Source: Histomonas meleagridis 2922-C6/04-290x (Eukaryota > Protista > Parabasalia). Taken from it: 64,000 bases of DNA. Every line of letters starts with the position of its first letter. Position 1 is the first letter of the stretch. Made by a program: the position numbers and the translations under genes. The DNA lies in assembly GCA_020184695.1 (NCBI GenBank), contig JAANOX010000146.1:216548-280547 (forward strand), given 5' to 3'. Positions 54,581 to 64,000 of this stretch are shown here, in pieces. The notes below the pieces were generated by a model. That model did no database searches and was not told where the DNA came from. It saw nothing but the letters and a program-made list of their open reading frames with translations.

Positions 54581-54733
54581 ATGTCATTTGTTGGTGTTTG
54601 GTTTTGTGTCATTGGAACAATATATGGTTTAAATTCTGTTGTAAAAACTTTATTGAAAGCTTATGAAATATTTAATGTTGAAGACGAAGAGGATGAAATG
54701 TCGGAAGAAATTAAAAACACTATGTACTCATAA
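54581..54733 (+). CDS. Small (50 aa) hydrophobic/acidic protein not in the ORF track
   Basis: MSFVGVWFCVIGTIYGLNSVVKTLLKAYEIFNVEDEEDEMSEEIKNTMYS. It is preceded by TTTTATTAAA and its stop abuts the stop of the next gene. Confidence 0.55.
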   Translation: MSFVGVWFCVIGTIYGLNSVVKTLLKAYEIFNVEDEEDEMSEEIKNTMYS

Positions 54734-55540
54734 AACAACAGTTTTACGATAATTATATAAGAATACTAATTGAATAATAAATCGACAATATTTAGGATAA
54801 ACATTATATTCACCATTTGTCGTAAAACGTATGTTAAAAGTGCTACCATCAGTAGGAGCATTATATAATACTGTGAGCTTTTCGTAAAAGTCTACTTTAA
54901 TTCCGATAAATATTTTTTTTGAATCACTAAATGATGCATGAAATTCAATACATTTTCTGTTCCAAACATTACGAAATACTTTTGTATGTGATGGATTTGA
55001 TAGAAAATTTATATCAGTTACATCTTGATTAAGGAATCTCAAAAATTCTTTAGTATTTATATTAGTGGATGCAGCATCAAATATCAAAAAATTAGCGGGA
55101 ACTGATTCTGTATCATCACTACCGACATAATCACAAAATAATAATGAAATTCCGCTATCATCATAAGTATAATGTAATCTATAACTAGCAAATAATGAAT
55201 TAAAGTCGTTACATATTCCTGTTAATATCTCAAGTAAAGTGTTTTGTGCCATTACTTGAAATGATATTGTTTTCGGTGATGGCGACGACCCTGATACACT
55301 TTCGAGCTTCACTACATTAGAACGTAAAAATATAACATGTGTTGTTGGTATAACGTCAAGTCGACGAATACTCATCGCTTTATTCTGTGAAGGAGATTCT
55401 AACCAACGTTGAGGATAACGGAATGTGTAATAGTTCTGTTCGTTGAGTGTTTCATACTTATCAATGTCGAGATTTGTATAATTTTCTTCAATCGGAAATT
55501 GTGATGCAGTTGTGCTCAATTGATTTTCAGTTTTGAACAT
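54728..55540 (-). CDS. Putative minor capsid (penton-like) protein 2
   Basis: 270 aa and beta-rich, with an N-terminal strand (YTFRYPQRW...AMSIRRLDV) and C-terminal FNIRFTT...FIIQLVF. The fold is inferred. Confidence 0.45.
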   Translation of the reverse strand: MFKTENQLSTTASQFPIEENYTNLDIDKYETLNEQNYYTFRYPQRWLESPSQNKAMSIRRLDVIPTTHVIFLRSNVVKLESVSGSSPSPKTISFQVMAQNTLLEILTGICNDFNSLFASYRLHYTYDDSGISLLFCDYVGSDDTESVPANFLIFDAASTNINTKEFLRFLNQDVTDINFLSNPSHTKVFRNVWNRKCIEFHASFSDSKKIFIGIKVDFYEKLTVLYNAPTDGSTFNIRFTTNGEYNVYPKYCRFIIQLVFLYNYRKTVVL

Positions 55541-55555
55541 TTTTATTTTATTAAA

Positions 55556-58281
55556 ATGTCAAATTCACAGTTTGAAAAAATCGAAAATATAGTTAGAGCA
55601 TTAATGAATAAAAATAGTGTTGTTTACAGTAATCACAGCAAAACAACCGACACTTTGTCAAATGGTATTCGTACGTTACAGATAAACAGTTATGATAAAA
55701 GTTTTGTTTTCACATATGGCAGGAATCATGTTGTAATATCTCCGTTAGATAATAGTATCAAAAATTTGAAGTATATAAATGATAATATTAAAGTTGATGA
55801 TATACTTACCGGAGAAAATATAATGAAAAATGTATATATAATGAAAATGTTCAGTTATATTAATAATGTTTTAAATTAATATAAACAATTTGTAAAAATT
55901 AGTGAGGATAATAATAATGTTACAATTAATAATCTTATTATTGATACCATTAATGGTTATTCAACAGATGATTTCGCATCTAAGAAGCACAAACATAATG
56001 ATGAATACTCTCCATTAAATCATACGCATGAAATTATTAATAATGATTAATTTATCAACAATAGCATTGTAGCAAATTATATTAACGGATATTATATTCT
56101 AAATAGTATTGGCGGAGGTTCTAATATAACAATAAATGTTCCATCAATCGCGACTATTAAATCAGATGGTGTAATGGAAGTAGGAGAATATATTGATTTT
56201 CATTATAGAGATGATTATAATAAAGATAACACTTGGAGGATTAGAGCTATAACTGATACATTAAGTTTTAAAGCATAAGGTGGGAGTACAATAAGTTTTA
56301 GTAATAATGGTAACATAAATGTTACTACAATAAATGGTATTGATACCGATAACATATCTTTGACAAGTCATAATCATGATGATAGATATTTATTAATAAA
56401 TCATATACATAGTGATTATTTAACAAGTGCTAATTCAGAAAATATTAATAACAAATTAACGGGCATTTATTATAATGAAACACTTATAGGAGTTGATGAA
56501 GAAGAAGAAGATATATATGAAAAATATACTGTAATTAATCAAGATTATATAGTTAATGGTACAATTAATGATATTAATACTGATAACATAGCACTTATAG
56601 AAGATGGGGTGCTGAGCATCGGAGATGTTGTACTATTCGATAATGGTATTAATGTATCAACTTATGATAATACCACAGAAGAAAAAATTACGGAAAACAA
56701 TTTGTTGATAAATATCCCAAATGGTAATAGTATCATGTTTAAAGATAGCGGTCACACTTATGGTATAGTTAATGTTGACGGTGTTTTAACATCTGAATAC
56801 TATCCCACAAAACAAATGATTATAAATGAGATTCAAGAATTATCAACAGGAGCTCCTGGTGAAGACGGTGAAGGATAAAAAGAAATTGGCTGGAATATTT
56901 ATCAGATGTATTATCTTTTGCTATGTCATTGGCGGAGTTTGCTGAACTCGCTAGTAAAGTATATAACAGTATTAAGAATAGTAGTTGGGCAATGACATTA
57001 ATAAGTAGATTGAAAAATGTATTTACTGGAGCAAGAGGATATGTTCCAATTCCAACATTAAGATCAGTAGTTTTTGATGAATATGACATATCAACAGATG
57101 AGAATTTAAACGATTTAGGAGGATATGACGATACTGATATCGATAATAACTTTAATGAATATAATTATTTAATAACATTATTTCTCGAAATGAATACAAT
57201 ATTTAAGAATTTGAAGTGTTATCATAAAGATGTATTTAAAGGACGAAGAGCGAATGAATTAGGTATGTTATTAGTAGATTGCCAGATATATGAAAGATTT
57301 ATTAATCACACTCATGATAATTATTTAATAGCTGCAGATTTAAATAATAATACAGGAATTACTTATCACAAAGATTCGATAGGAATTAATGATAGGGCAG
57401 GAGTTTACGAAATTTACACGTTAATTAATCAAGATTCAAAAGTTGATGGTAACATTGAATGTACAACAATTAATGGCATTGATTTAGACGAATTATCGGT
57501 AATAAATAATGATATATTCAATATAAATAATAAAATTACTGGTATAAGTTTTAATGAAGATTTATCAGTAACAAATGAAGAAGAAGAAGATATATATGAA
57601 ATCTACACATCAATTAATTAAAATTTGAAGGTTAATGGTAATGTTGAATGTTCAACTATTAATGGTATTGATACAAATAATATTTCATTAACAACTCATA
57701 CACACGACGACAAATACTCTCCGTTAAATCATACACACGATGAATATTTAACAGATGATAATTTGACTGATATTAGTAATAAGTTAACAGGAATATCATA
57801 TAATCAATATGGTGAATGGACTAAGATTGAACGAGATTTATTAGTAGATAATGATATTTCATGTAGAATATTAACAGCAAAACGTGATATCGATATTGAT
57901 TGCAGCAAATATCCAGATGATACGAATATATATAAAGGATTATTCATTTATAGATCTAATGCAGTGACAGGTAATTCTATCAGAATGGAAATAGGTGTAT
58001 TACCATATGGAGATGATTGTAGTGTAATAGAGCATTACTTAGATTCTAATGATAATATTGATACTTGTTTAAGATTCTAAACTTGTGGTGGAAATTACGT
58101 GAGTATATATAAAAACGGTAATATTACTTGTAATTCTATTAACGGAATTGATACTGATAACATTTCGTTAGCAACACATAATCATGATGACAAATACTTA
58201 TTAATAAATCATACTCATGATGAATATTCATTAATAAATCATACTCATGATGATAGATATTTATTAATAGATCACACTCAT
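55556..58281 (+). pseudogene. Long fibre/receptor-binding-like gene broken by in-frame TAA stops (55877, 56048, 56276, 57619, 58078) and one frameshift (~56878); 3' truncated
   Basis: ORFs 55520, 56360, 56923, 57625 and 58099 plus the intervening sequence form one reading path with repeated TINGIDTDNISL..HxHDDxY units and DGVMEVGEYIDFH. Confidence 0.75.
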
Positions 58282-60188
58282 TATATATTATTCTTCGATT
58301 TCCTTTTTCTTCTTGAACAGGATTAGGATTATTTGTGCTCATCATATAATTTGCCCAAGAATCTATTTTAATTTGATCGACTTCTTTAGTTTCTTGAACT
58401 GTTCGTTTTTGTGTGAGCTTTGATTTTATTTTACCGAGATACTTAAATTTCTCCGTAGCTTCTGGCGGCTCATTAATGTTAATTACTAAATGACGACCAA
58501 TCAAACCATTTTATTTACCGAAAACTTTATCTAAATCATCAACGTTTTTCAGCGCAAAGTTACAGAGCAGTTCGCAAAAGCACTCAACAGGAAAGCTTTT
58601 CCCTGAGCCTTGAGCTCCATGAATAATTGGCATTGTTCCGTTCTTAACGGTAATGTTTTGAAAGGTGTTAGCCCACCATTTCATGAAGTAGTCGTATTTG
58701 GTCTTCGTCATCATGACAAACAATATGTTTTACATGATCCAGTAATGGTTAAAGTAGTGTGAAATCATTTGATTTGCTCTCAGTATACTTAAATCCTTGA
58801 AAGATGTTTATTATATAGGCTTCATCAGGATTGTTTGTCATTAATTTAGCGTCGTCGTAAGCAAATTAATTTGAATATTTTGATACAACATGATATAATG
58901 TTACTTTAGTGTTACCTTTGAATGGCTTGTATAAAGAAAGCTCTTCACGAATTTTTGTTAGTGATGTTTCTCTAATATATGTTTGATCTTCTTTTATCTC
59001 TCTAATATAGAATCTTGATTCAGCAAAACCTATGACACCACGAAGATTAGTAATTAGTTTTGGAAACTCATGTTTTTCATAAGTTTTTCTTCTTATATCC
59101 TCATAATGCCATGTGGAGTTGTTAATATTTACTGTAAAATCGATTGATGAATCACTATACAGTTCTAAATACTTGTTCCTTATGTCTTCCGGTAGATGTT
59201 TTATTAGAGAATAGAACCACTTATTCGTCATTTCTCTCACGTAATAACGGTCTAATATTTGATCTATAGAGTTAATTCTACGTCGTGCTGATGCTTTGTT
59301 TTTGAGTACCATTTAATAAAATGTTGGCGTAAAAATTTTTTAGAATAAGGTGAATGATACAAAGGAGCGAGAGTAACATTAAAAGTGTTGAAATCGAGAT
59401 TAAAATAGTTTAATAACTCTTTCATCTGTTCATCACTAAATATAATTAATTGGTCTTCATAATCTAAATCATCAATATCAAAATTACGTTCTTTCATTTG
59501 TTTCTTCAGTTGTGTTTTAGTTTCCTTCGGTGTGAATAGTTTGCTCCATTATTCTCTTGTCATTAATCTCTCATCTCCACGAGTTTGAATTTTTTGAGTC
59601 GCAGGAGATTTATTATTGATGATGTAACCGTGATTCATTTTATTCTGTGGATCGTTGGGTCTAAATATTTTATCAGAAAGAACGTGCCTCATTACTTGTC
59701 GTGATGACTGACCTTCTCTTCTGGGAACTAATTTATATACGTTTGGATCACATAATTCATGAACGCCATTCATGGCAAAACCTTTTTTCTCAGTATGTTT
59801 CATAATTTCAACAATATCTTTTGATGCGATTTTTGTCTCATAAAATACAACATGCATCGATATATAATGTTTGTCATCAGGAATAAGTCTAAATCCATAT
59901 GCTTCCATTTCTACATTATTACAATAACCACCGTAGGAGTAATCTCCGAATATATTTTTAAGTTGTTCGAGCCATTCATAAACAGATATAAATTCATCTT
60001 CTGATTTAATAGAATCAAAATCAAAGTACAGGTGCACATAATTATCATTAATTATAAATTCATTAAAGCCTTTACTGAAATTTCAGAAAATAAAATAAAA
60101 TAATCGTTAATCTCGTCAAATGATATTTCTTTTGGAATGAAATTATTAGGTCTGTTAAGAGATATGTCATATTTTATTTTTCTTTCAT
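58282..60188 (-). pseudogene. AEP primase fused to superfamily 3 (D5-like) helicase, with several stops and frameshifts, 3' truncated
   Basis: ATG at 60188. AEP motifs LYFDFD, SMH, CDPNVY and RQVMRH. SF3 Walker A IIHGAQGSGKS, Walker B ININE, motif C STNN, and RRII. Confidence 0.85.
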
Positions 60189-60189
60189 T

Positions 60190-60250
60190 ACACACACACA
60201 CACAGCGCTATGTGAGCTTCGTGCTACGCACTCGCTCCCACTCGCGCTAC
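60190..60250. promoter_or_regulatory. (CA)7 plus GTGC-N3-GCAC-TCGCTC hairpin motif immediately upstream of the primase-helicase ATG
   Basis: A near-identical motif occurs at 51373-51420. Confidence 0.45.
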
Positions 60251-60413
60251 ATAAACTAAAGGATGAACGGCTAAAATCGATTGAATTATCATAAATCGGT
60301 TGGTTTTGATTGAAAGTAATAAAATATATTTAAATTCATGATGACATTTATATTTAAAATGTGTGATGCATGAATCCGGCTGAGTTGTTGTTAATCCTAT
60401 GTGGAAAGTTGTA

Positions 60414-60775
60414 AATTCTATGCTACCTGATAACTTGATATACCAGGTAGTTACCAGGTAATATTGCGATTAGCTAAAGGAAATTTAATATTGTTATGTG
60501 AGTTTCTCAAATCTTGTGAAATGACGTGAAAATCGTGAGTTTACGGGAGCTGCTAACTATAACGGATGAGTTGTAAATTCTATGTCGAATGTTGTGTTTT
60601 GATGTTAATCCTATGTGGATTTTAGTATTTTTATGTTAATTCTATGCTACCTGATAACTTGATATACCTGGTAGTTACCAGGTAATATTGCTATTAGCTA
60701 AAAGGAAATTTAATATTGTTATGTGAGTTTCTCAAATCTTGTGAAAATGACGTGAAAATCGTGAGTTTACGGGAG
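60414..60775. repeat. Two direct copies (~136 nt) containing TACC(A/T)GGTA palindromic units
   Basis: Copies at 60414-60549 and 60638-60775. Confidence 0.9.
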
Positions 60776-61005
60776 TAAATGACAAAAAAATAAACTTTAA
60801 TAAAAAGCCTTAAATCTTCTGATAATATGTAGTTTTTCTTATTTCTTGATACAGTAATAATTTTTTTGTTAAATTATCTTTTACATTTTTTTCAATTTTT
60901 CCAAATCCTATTGTTGAAACGTTAGTGTTAAAATAATTATTATACATTGAGCATAATTCTTTTTACTTCAATTTTTATTTTCCGGAAGAGTTTTTTTCAG
61001 AAATT

Positions 61006-61236
61006 CTAAAACGTTGGTTTTGAATCTTGAATTACAATTGCTGAATTATTATCTATATCTTCCTCAACCTCTTCAACTAATGGATCCGTTGGTTTTTGTT
61101 TATCTTCATAATTTAATGCTCCGGCAAATGATTTAGTTGCTATTAAATCTTCTTTGAGATAATTAACTCTTTCCTTAAATTCTTCGTTCAAAAGTTCAGG
61201 AAGATTTTCTGTGAGTGATTCATTTAAACGAAACAT
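61006..61236 (-). CDS. Element-encoded small hypothetical protein
   Basis: 76-aa acidic ORF with no domain recognised. Confidence 0.4.
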   Translation of the reverse strand: MFRLNESLTENLPELLNEEFKERVNYLKEDLIATKSFAGALNYEDKQKPTDPLVEEVEEDIDNNSAIVIQDSKPTF

Positions 61237-61268
61237 TAAAGTTTCAGCATATGTTTTTTTATAAATTT

Positions 61269-61484
61269 TTAATTCGACATTTCATGAGCGTCAGGAATAA
61301 TGTCTATTTGTTTTTTGATGTAATTTGATATAAACATATACATAATATCAATTAATCTATTGAATTTATTTTTCAGTACTGTTTCAATTAGCATAAATTC
61401 AGAAGTTTTATTATTTTTTACCGTAAATGTAATTGTAGTTAAAGCATTAATTAATTTTTGTGAAAATTTATCAAGAATTTGCAT
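61269..61484 (-). CDS. Element-encoded small hypothetical protein
   Basis: 71-aa ORF with no domain recognised. Confidence 0.45.
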   Translation of the reverse strand: MQILDKFSQKLINALTTITFTVKNNKTSEFMLIETVLKNKFNRLIDIMYMFISNYIKKQIDIIPDAHEMSN

Positions 61485-61504
61485 CGCTCGCTTTCCATTC
61501 TTGT

Positions 61505-61750
61505 TTATATAAACGCTTTCAATTGTTTTGGAATAATCTTTATCCTTCGGACAAATGTTTTTTTGACTTTATTTACGAACAATTCGAAATACTCATCAAT
61601 TAAATCTTGATGGTAATAATTAACGGTTTGGTTTATGTATTCTGTCAAATTGTCAATGACGTTTTGATTACAACGAGGATATTTTTCTAATTTCTTTCTT
61701 TCTTGAATTAAAAAAATTTCTGGAAGTTTTTCAGCTTTTTTTCATGTCAT
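61505..61750 (-). pseudogene. Small element gene with an early TGA (MT*KKAEKLPEIF...)
   Basis: The ATG overlaps the stop of ORF 61747-62070 (TAAATG), and about 80 codons are open after the TGA. Confidence 0.45.
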
Positions 61751-62070
61751 TTAAAAACAAGTTGATATTCTTCTTGAGCTTGTTTTTTATATTGTTCTTT
61801 GATCATATCTTCCGTTATAAATTCATTTTCAGGTTTTAGCCATTTCTCCGGGATGTGATGCATATTATATTCTATCTCATCTAAAATCTTATCATAATCT
61901 TCCTTCGTGTGTTCTTTCTTTAAATAATAAGTTCTTTTTACTTCTTCTTTATGCTCAGCAACATATTTATTAATTTTGCCGTCAATGTATTTTTGAATTT
62001 GTTCTTCGGTTTTATAAGTAACAATACATGTTTTTGGATCTTTTGTGCATGTAAAATTAACAATGCTCAT
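61747..62070 (-). CDS. Element-encoded hypothetical protein
   Basis: 107-aa charged helical ORF. Confidence 0.55.
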   Translation of the reverse strand: MSIVNFTCTKDPKTCIVTYKTEEQIQKYIDGKINKYVAEHKEEVKRTYYLKKEHTKEDYDKILDEIEYNMHHIPEKWLKPENEFITEDMIKEQYKKQAQEEYQLVFK

Positions 62071-62153
62071 GTTCGCTTCTTTTTATACTTGTTAAAAAAA
62101 TAAAAAACTACTTTAAAATTAATCTTAATTTCATTTTGGCATTTACTGCTGCA

Positions 62154-62275
62154 AACTCTTGATTTTCAAGTGATTTCGCATGAACGGAGAAACTCACAAA
62201 ACAATTTTGAATTTCCTTTAGCTAATCGCAATATTACCTGGTAACTACCTGGTATATCAAGTTATCAGGTAGCAT
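62154..62275. repeat. Inverted copy of the 60414-60549 repeat
   Basis: The reverse complement of 62211-62275 equals atgctacctgataac...ctaaaggaaat at 60420-60484. Similarity continues more loosely to ~62154. Confidence 0.9.
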
Positions 62276-62433
62276 TAAAAAATTCTTCGGTCAATTAATC
62301 GTTAGCAGCAGCAGTAAACATGCAAAATTCAGCTCAAATCGCTAAGTTGAAAATTGATGATTGCCAGAAACTGCCATTTATGAAAACTCTTTCTCCAAAA
62401 TTTTTTTGTTAAGTTAGTTAGTTAGTTAGTTTG

Positions 62434-63589
62434 TCATGTCCGTTTATTTTCAAAAAATTCTTTTTCAATTTCTGACTGTTTATGAGGAGTATTACCGCGG
62501 AGAAATGAAGCAGGAATTTCATCTTGATATGAACGTTGCCCAGGAACGGTAAAAAGTACTTTATACTTATTTGTTTTAGGATTAAATGATAAAATTGACT
62601 CAACAGAACCAACCCATTTACCAGGAATAGTTGACGCCCATTTAATATTATTTGGTTTATTCTTACCAATAGGTATTAGTTTGTATCTTGGTTTAGTAAT
62701 TACTGTTCCGTCTTGAGCAATTAAAACGTACATATTTCCTTTCCGTTCATCAATTTTATAACATTCACGGCTGATTTGAAATCTTTTTAGTTATGCCATT
62801 ATGCCGCGGTAATATATAGCGTACAAAAAGAGCCAACAGGAAGAATTAAATTCTTAATACATTTTTTTGTTTTTTTCAGAAGATTCTAAACATTTTAAGA
62901 TATATTTTTTTTTTTTTTTTTATTATCAAACATTTCTTTTGGATAACCACCGATGACTGAATTGTAAGTATTATTTGTAAATATTCAGAAATTTTTTCAT
63001 TCTTTCTGGAGTAATAAATGTGTATTTTTCATCATGTGATTGATGTTTAGATTTTTCCGTTGGAGTATTCATATCTCTTATTGTTCGCATGAATCTATCA
63101 ATAATGCCTAAAGACGAATGGTTTTTGTCTGATATTGTATGAACGGCAACTTTATTATCAGAAAGAAGTTTTAAATTATTTTTTTCAATAAATGCTGGTT
63201 CTTCATCTGACGTTAATTTTACAGGATGGAATTTGACAATGAATTGTTTTAATGTTTCATGAACAGCAGACGCTGATTTTGACATCAACGGTAAACAGTA
63301 AACGTATCTATTATTTGTGCCAATAAACACGTGCCAATAACGAGGATTTTTATTTTTTCCATTATCATATAAATCATGAAACCAACAATTTGGAACAGTT
63401 GAAAATATTTTTATCATATAAGGTTTTATATCTTTTGTTTTAATAAATTTATCCTTCAATCTCCTTGATATTACTTTTTTAATTTTCTTTTTCACTAACA
63501 TTTGGAAATTTATTTTGCACGTGTTTTTTAACGTGACTGTAAGTTTTAAAATGTGTTTTGTCAATTTCTCTATTAACGTTTAGACTCAT
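62434..63589 (-). pseudogene. Retroviral-type (rve) integrase with C-terminal extension, frameshifted
   Basis: ATG at 63589. Core WFHDL...LTSDEEPAF...LGIIDRFMRTIRD. ORFs 62971-63564 and 62434-62733 link through NTYNSVIGGYPKEMF...FQISRECYKI across frameshifts. Confidence 0.85.
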
Positions 63590-63625
63590 TTAAGAGTTAT
63601 TAAAACGTTTTTTTAATTATATTAA

Positions 63626-64000
63626 ATGGGATTAGGTCGTATATTCGGTGGAATAAGAAAATTTATTCAAAATGCAGGACGACTTGTAAGAAAAGTTATT
63701 GATAAAGGAAAGAGAATTTACGGTAAGGTCTCGCCAATAATCAGTCGAGGAATTGAATTTGGTAAAAAGATTCCAGGAATAATTGATACAGTAAGAAAGC
63801 GTAAAGGAGATATAACAGATAAAATAGATAAAATAGTTGATGCAGTTCCTGACGGTAAGATTAAAGACAAAATTAAACGAGCCGTAGATAAAGGCAAAGA
63901 AGTAGCCGAACGTGTTTTAGATACAGGTCAAAAGATTTCGGATAAAACTCAACCGTGGATTCAAGCAGGCGATAAATTTAAACAATGGATCGAACACGAA
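63626..64000 (+). CDS. Basic amphipathic-helix protein (partial, runs off the window); candidate membrane-penetration or core protein
   Basis: MGLGRIFGGIRKFIQNAGRLVRKVIDKGKRIYGKV... is open for 125 codons to the window end. It is absent from the ORF track because it has no stop. Confidence 0.7.
   Translation, partial: MGLGRIFGGIRKFIQNAGRLVRKVIDKGKRIYGKVSPIISRGIEFGKKIPGIIDTVRKRKGDITDKIDKIVDAVPDGKIKDKIKRAVDKGKEVAERVLDTGQKISDKTQPWIQAGDKFKQWIEHE

Larger units (their letters stand above)
52150..64000. mobile_element. Endogenous Maverick/Polinton-like virus, decayed, extends beyond the window; left boundary uncertain (51373-52150)
   Basis: Compact, intronless cluster of A32-like ATPase, penton-like proteins, fibre-like gene, AEP-SF3 primase-helicase and rve integrase. 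Confidence 0.85.

Noticed and set aside
55556-60188. Alternative genetic code (TAA=Gln) suggested by many in-frame TAA stops in the fibre and helicase genes
   Set aside because: Some TAAs fall at Gln positions (INQ vs IN*), but others fall at Tyr/Phe/Leu-type positions (FGK*NGL, ND*FI). Frameshifts and a TGA also occur, and intact host and element genes end in TAA. Ordinary decay explains the pattern.

Overview
AT-rich eukaryotic genomic DNA, most likely from a parabasalid protist (Tritrichomonas/Trichomonas-like). The assignment rests on the histone H4 sequence and the DUF3447-ankyrin, BspA-LRR, Myb and beta-helix gene families. No prokaryotic operons, rRNA or CRISPR are present. From 1 to ~50 kb, ordinary host genes (symplekin-like, ARM, TAF12-like, H4, CHD-like, beta-helix, SAXO4/PPP1R32-like, Myb, coiled-coil, class-M sirtuin, ZNF207, BspA, CCA-adding enzyme, DM10-EF-hand, Sin3-like) are interspersed with pseudogene relics. 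From ~51.4 kb to the end lies a decayed Maverick/Polinton-like virus (packaging ATPase, two penton-like proteins, phage-type fibre gene, AEP-SF3 primase-helicase, rve integrase, amphipathic protein) that runs off the window, preceded by a P-element-like transposase relic. The most striking unexplained signal is in four ankyrin loci (13.7, 17.7-19.4, 28.8-29.3 and 48.5-49.3 kb). There, single open ankyrin-repeat cassettes are separated by 18 non-coding AT-rich spacers inserted at the same loop position. Ten spacers are exactly 80 nt, 17 carry TGG (or a 1-nt variant) exactly 24 nt before the next cassette, most lack usable GT-AG or AT-AC boundaries, and a spacer-free paralog lies at 2.9-4.8 kb. 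This suggests an undescribed non-canonical intron, translational-bypass or DNA-cassette system. All coordinates and counts were read by eye; no searches were run.
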